From NCBI GenBank assembly GCA_038087875.1, contig CM075995.1:5582001-5646000 (forward strand): a stretch of 64,000 bases of DNA. Direction: 5' to 3'. The notes beneath the pieces were generated by a model. The model worked only from the letters and a program-made list of their open reading frames with translations, was not told where the DNA came from and did not search any database. This DNA comes from Malacoraja senta (taxonomy: Eukaryota). The position numbers were made by a program, and so were the translations under genes. Within the stretch, counting starts at the first letter, position 1. Every line of letters begins with the position of its first letter. Shown here one piece after another: positions 63,531 to 64,000 of this stretch.

Positions 63531-64000
63531 ACATAAGCACAATAAATTCAACACCATGTCCTCATTTTATTGATGTCAATTCAGTTCAAGTTTCACCAAA
63601 AAGGACTCCGTCTCGTTATTTGGTTAATTAATAACCCTTATAAGTAGTTATGCTGGCGATATGGTCTCACATCTCCGCTTGTGCAAACTGAACAGAGACA
63701 TTTTAAAATAAACAGTTAAAAACTGATCATCCGCCAGTTTTCTTTCCCTTTTAGATATTAAATTCTTGAAGCTACTTGTGCTAAAGCAATGTGAGGTACT
63801 GCATTAGCACAATGGGAATAAAAGTTCACGTCATGAAGCACAGTATGACTGATCTTGCCCTTGTGGTGCGTACCGCCGGCTGGCAAAAGCAGCAGGAAAT
63901 TCAGTTTGCAAACATTCCTCTCAAAATCTTGTATGTGACAATTCGCAAGATAAAAAATGGGCATCCTTGGATAAGGTCCGGATTATAAATATGAAGGAAG

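Noticed and set aside
47317..64000. Search for the preceding ELMO1 exon (NHVNPAMDFTQTPPG...), and in 1-19819 for the following one (VMQVV...)
   Set aside because: Neither was found by eye; both probably lie outside the window.

Overview
This is vertebrate (not prokaryotic) DNA, most likely a cartilaginous fish such as a skate or ray, judging from HE1-type V-SINEs that share their 3' tail with CR1 (HER1-like) LINEs. The window lies inside the ELMO1 gene on the minus strand. Two coding exons are recognisable (47208-47316, 109 nt; 19820-19956, 137 nt), joined in frame across a 27.25-kb GT-AG intron. Most of the remainder is nested transposable elements: CR1 LINEs (one near full length), Penelope-like GIY-YIG retroelements and about 25 short Penelope-derived units carrying a minimal hammerhead-ribozyme motif, Rex1/Babar, RTE-like non-autonomous elements, hAT and Harbinger-like MITEs, a Helitron, and a 7-bp-TSD DNA transposon family with a Tudor-like coding remnant. 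Most entries in the ORF track are repeat-derived or spurious. All family assignments come from recognition by eye; no database search was run.
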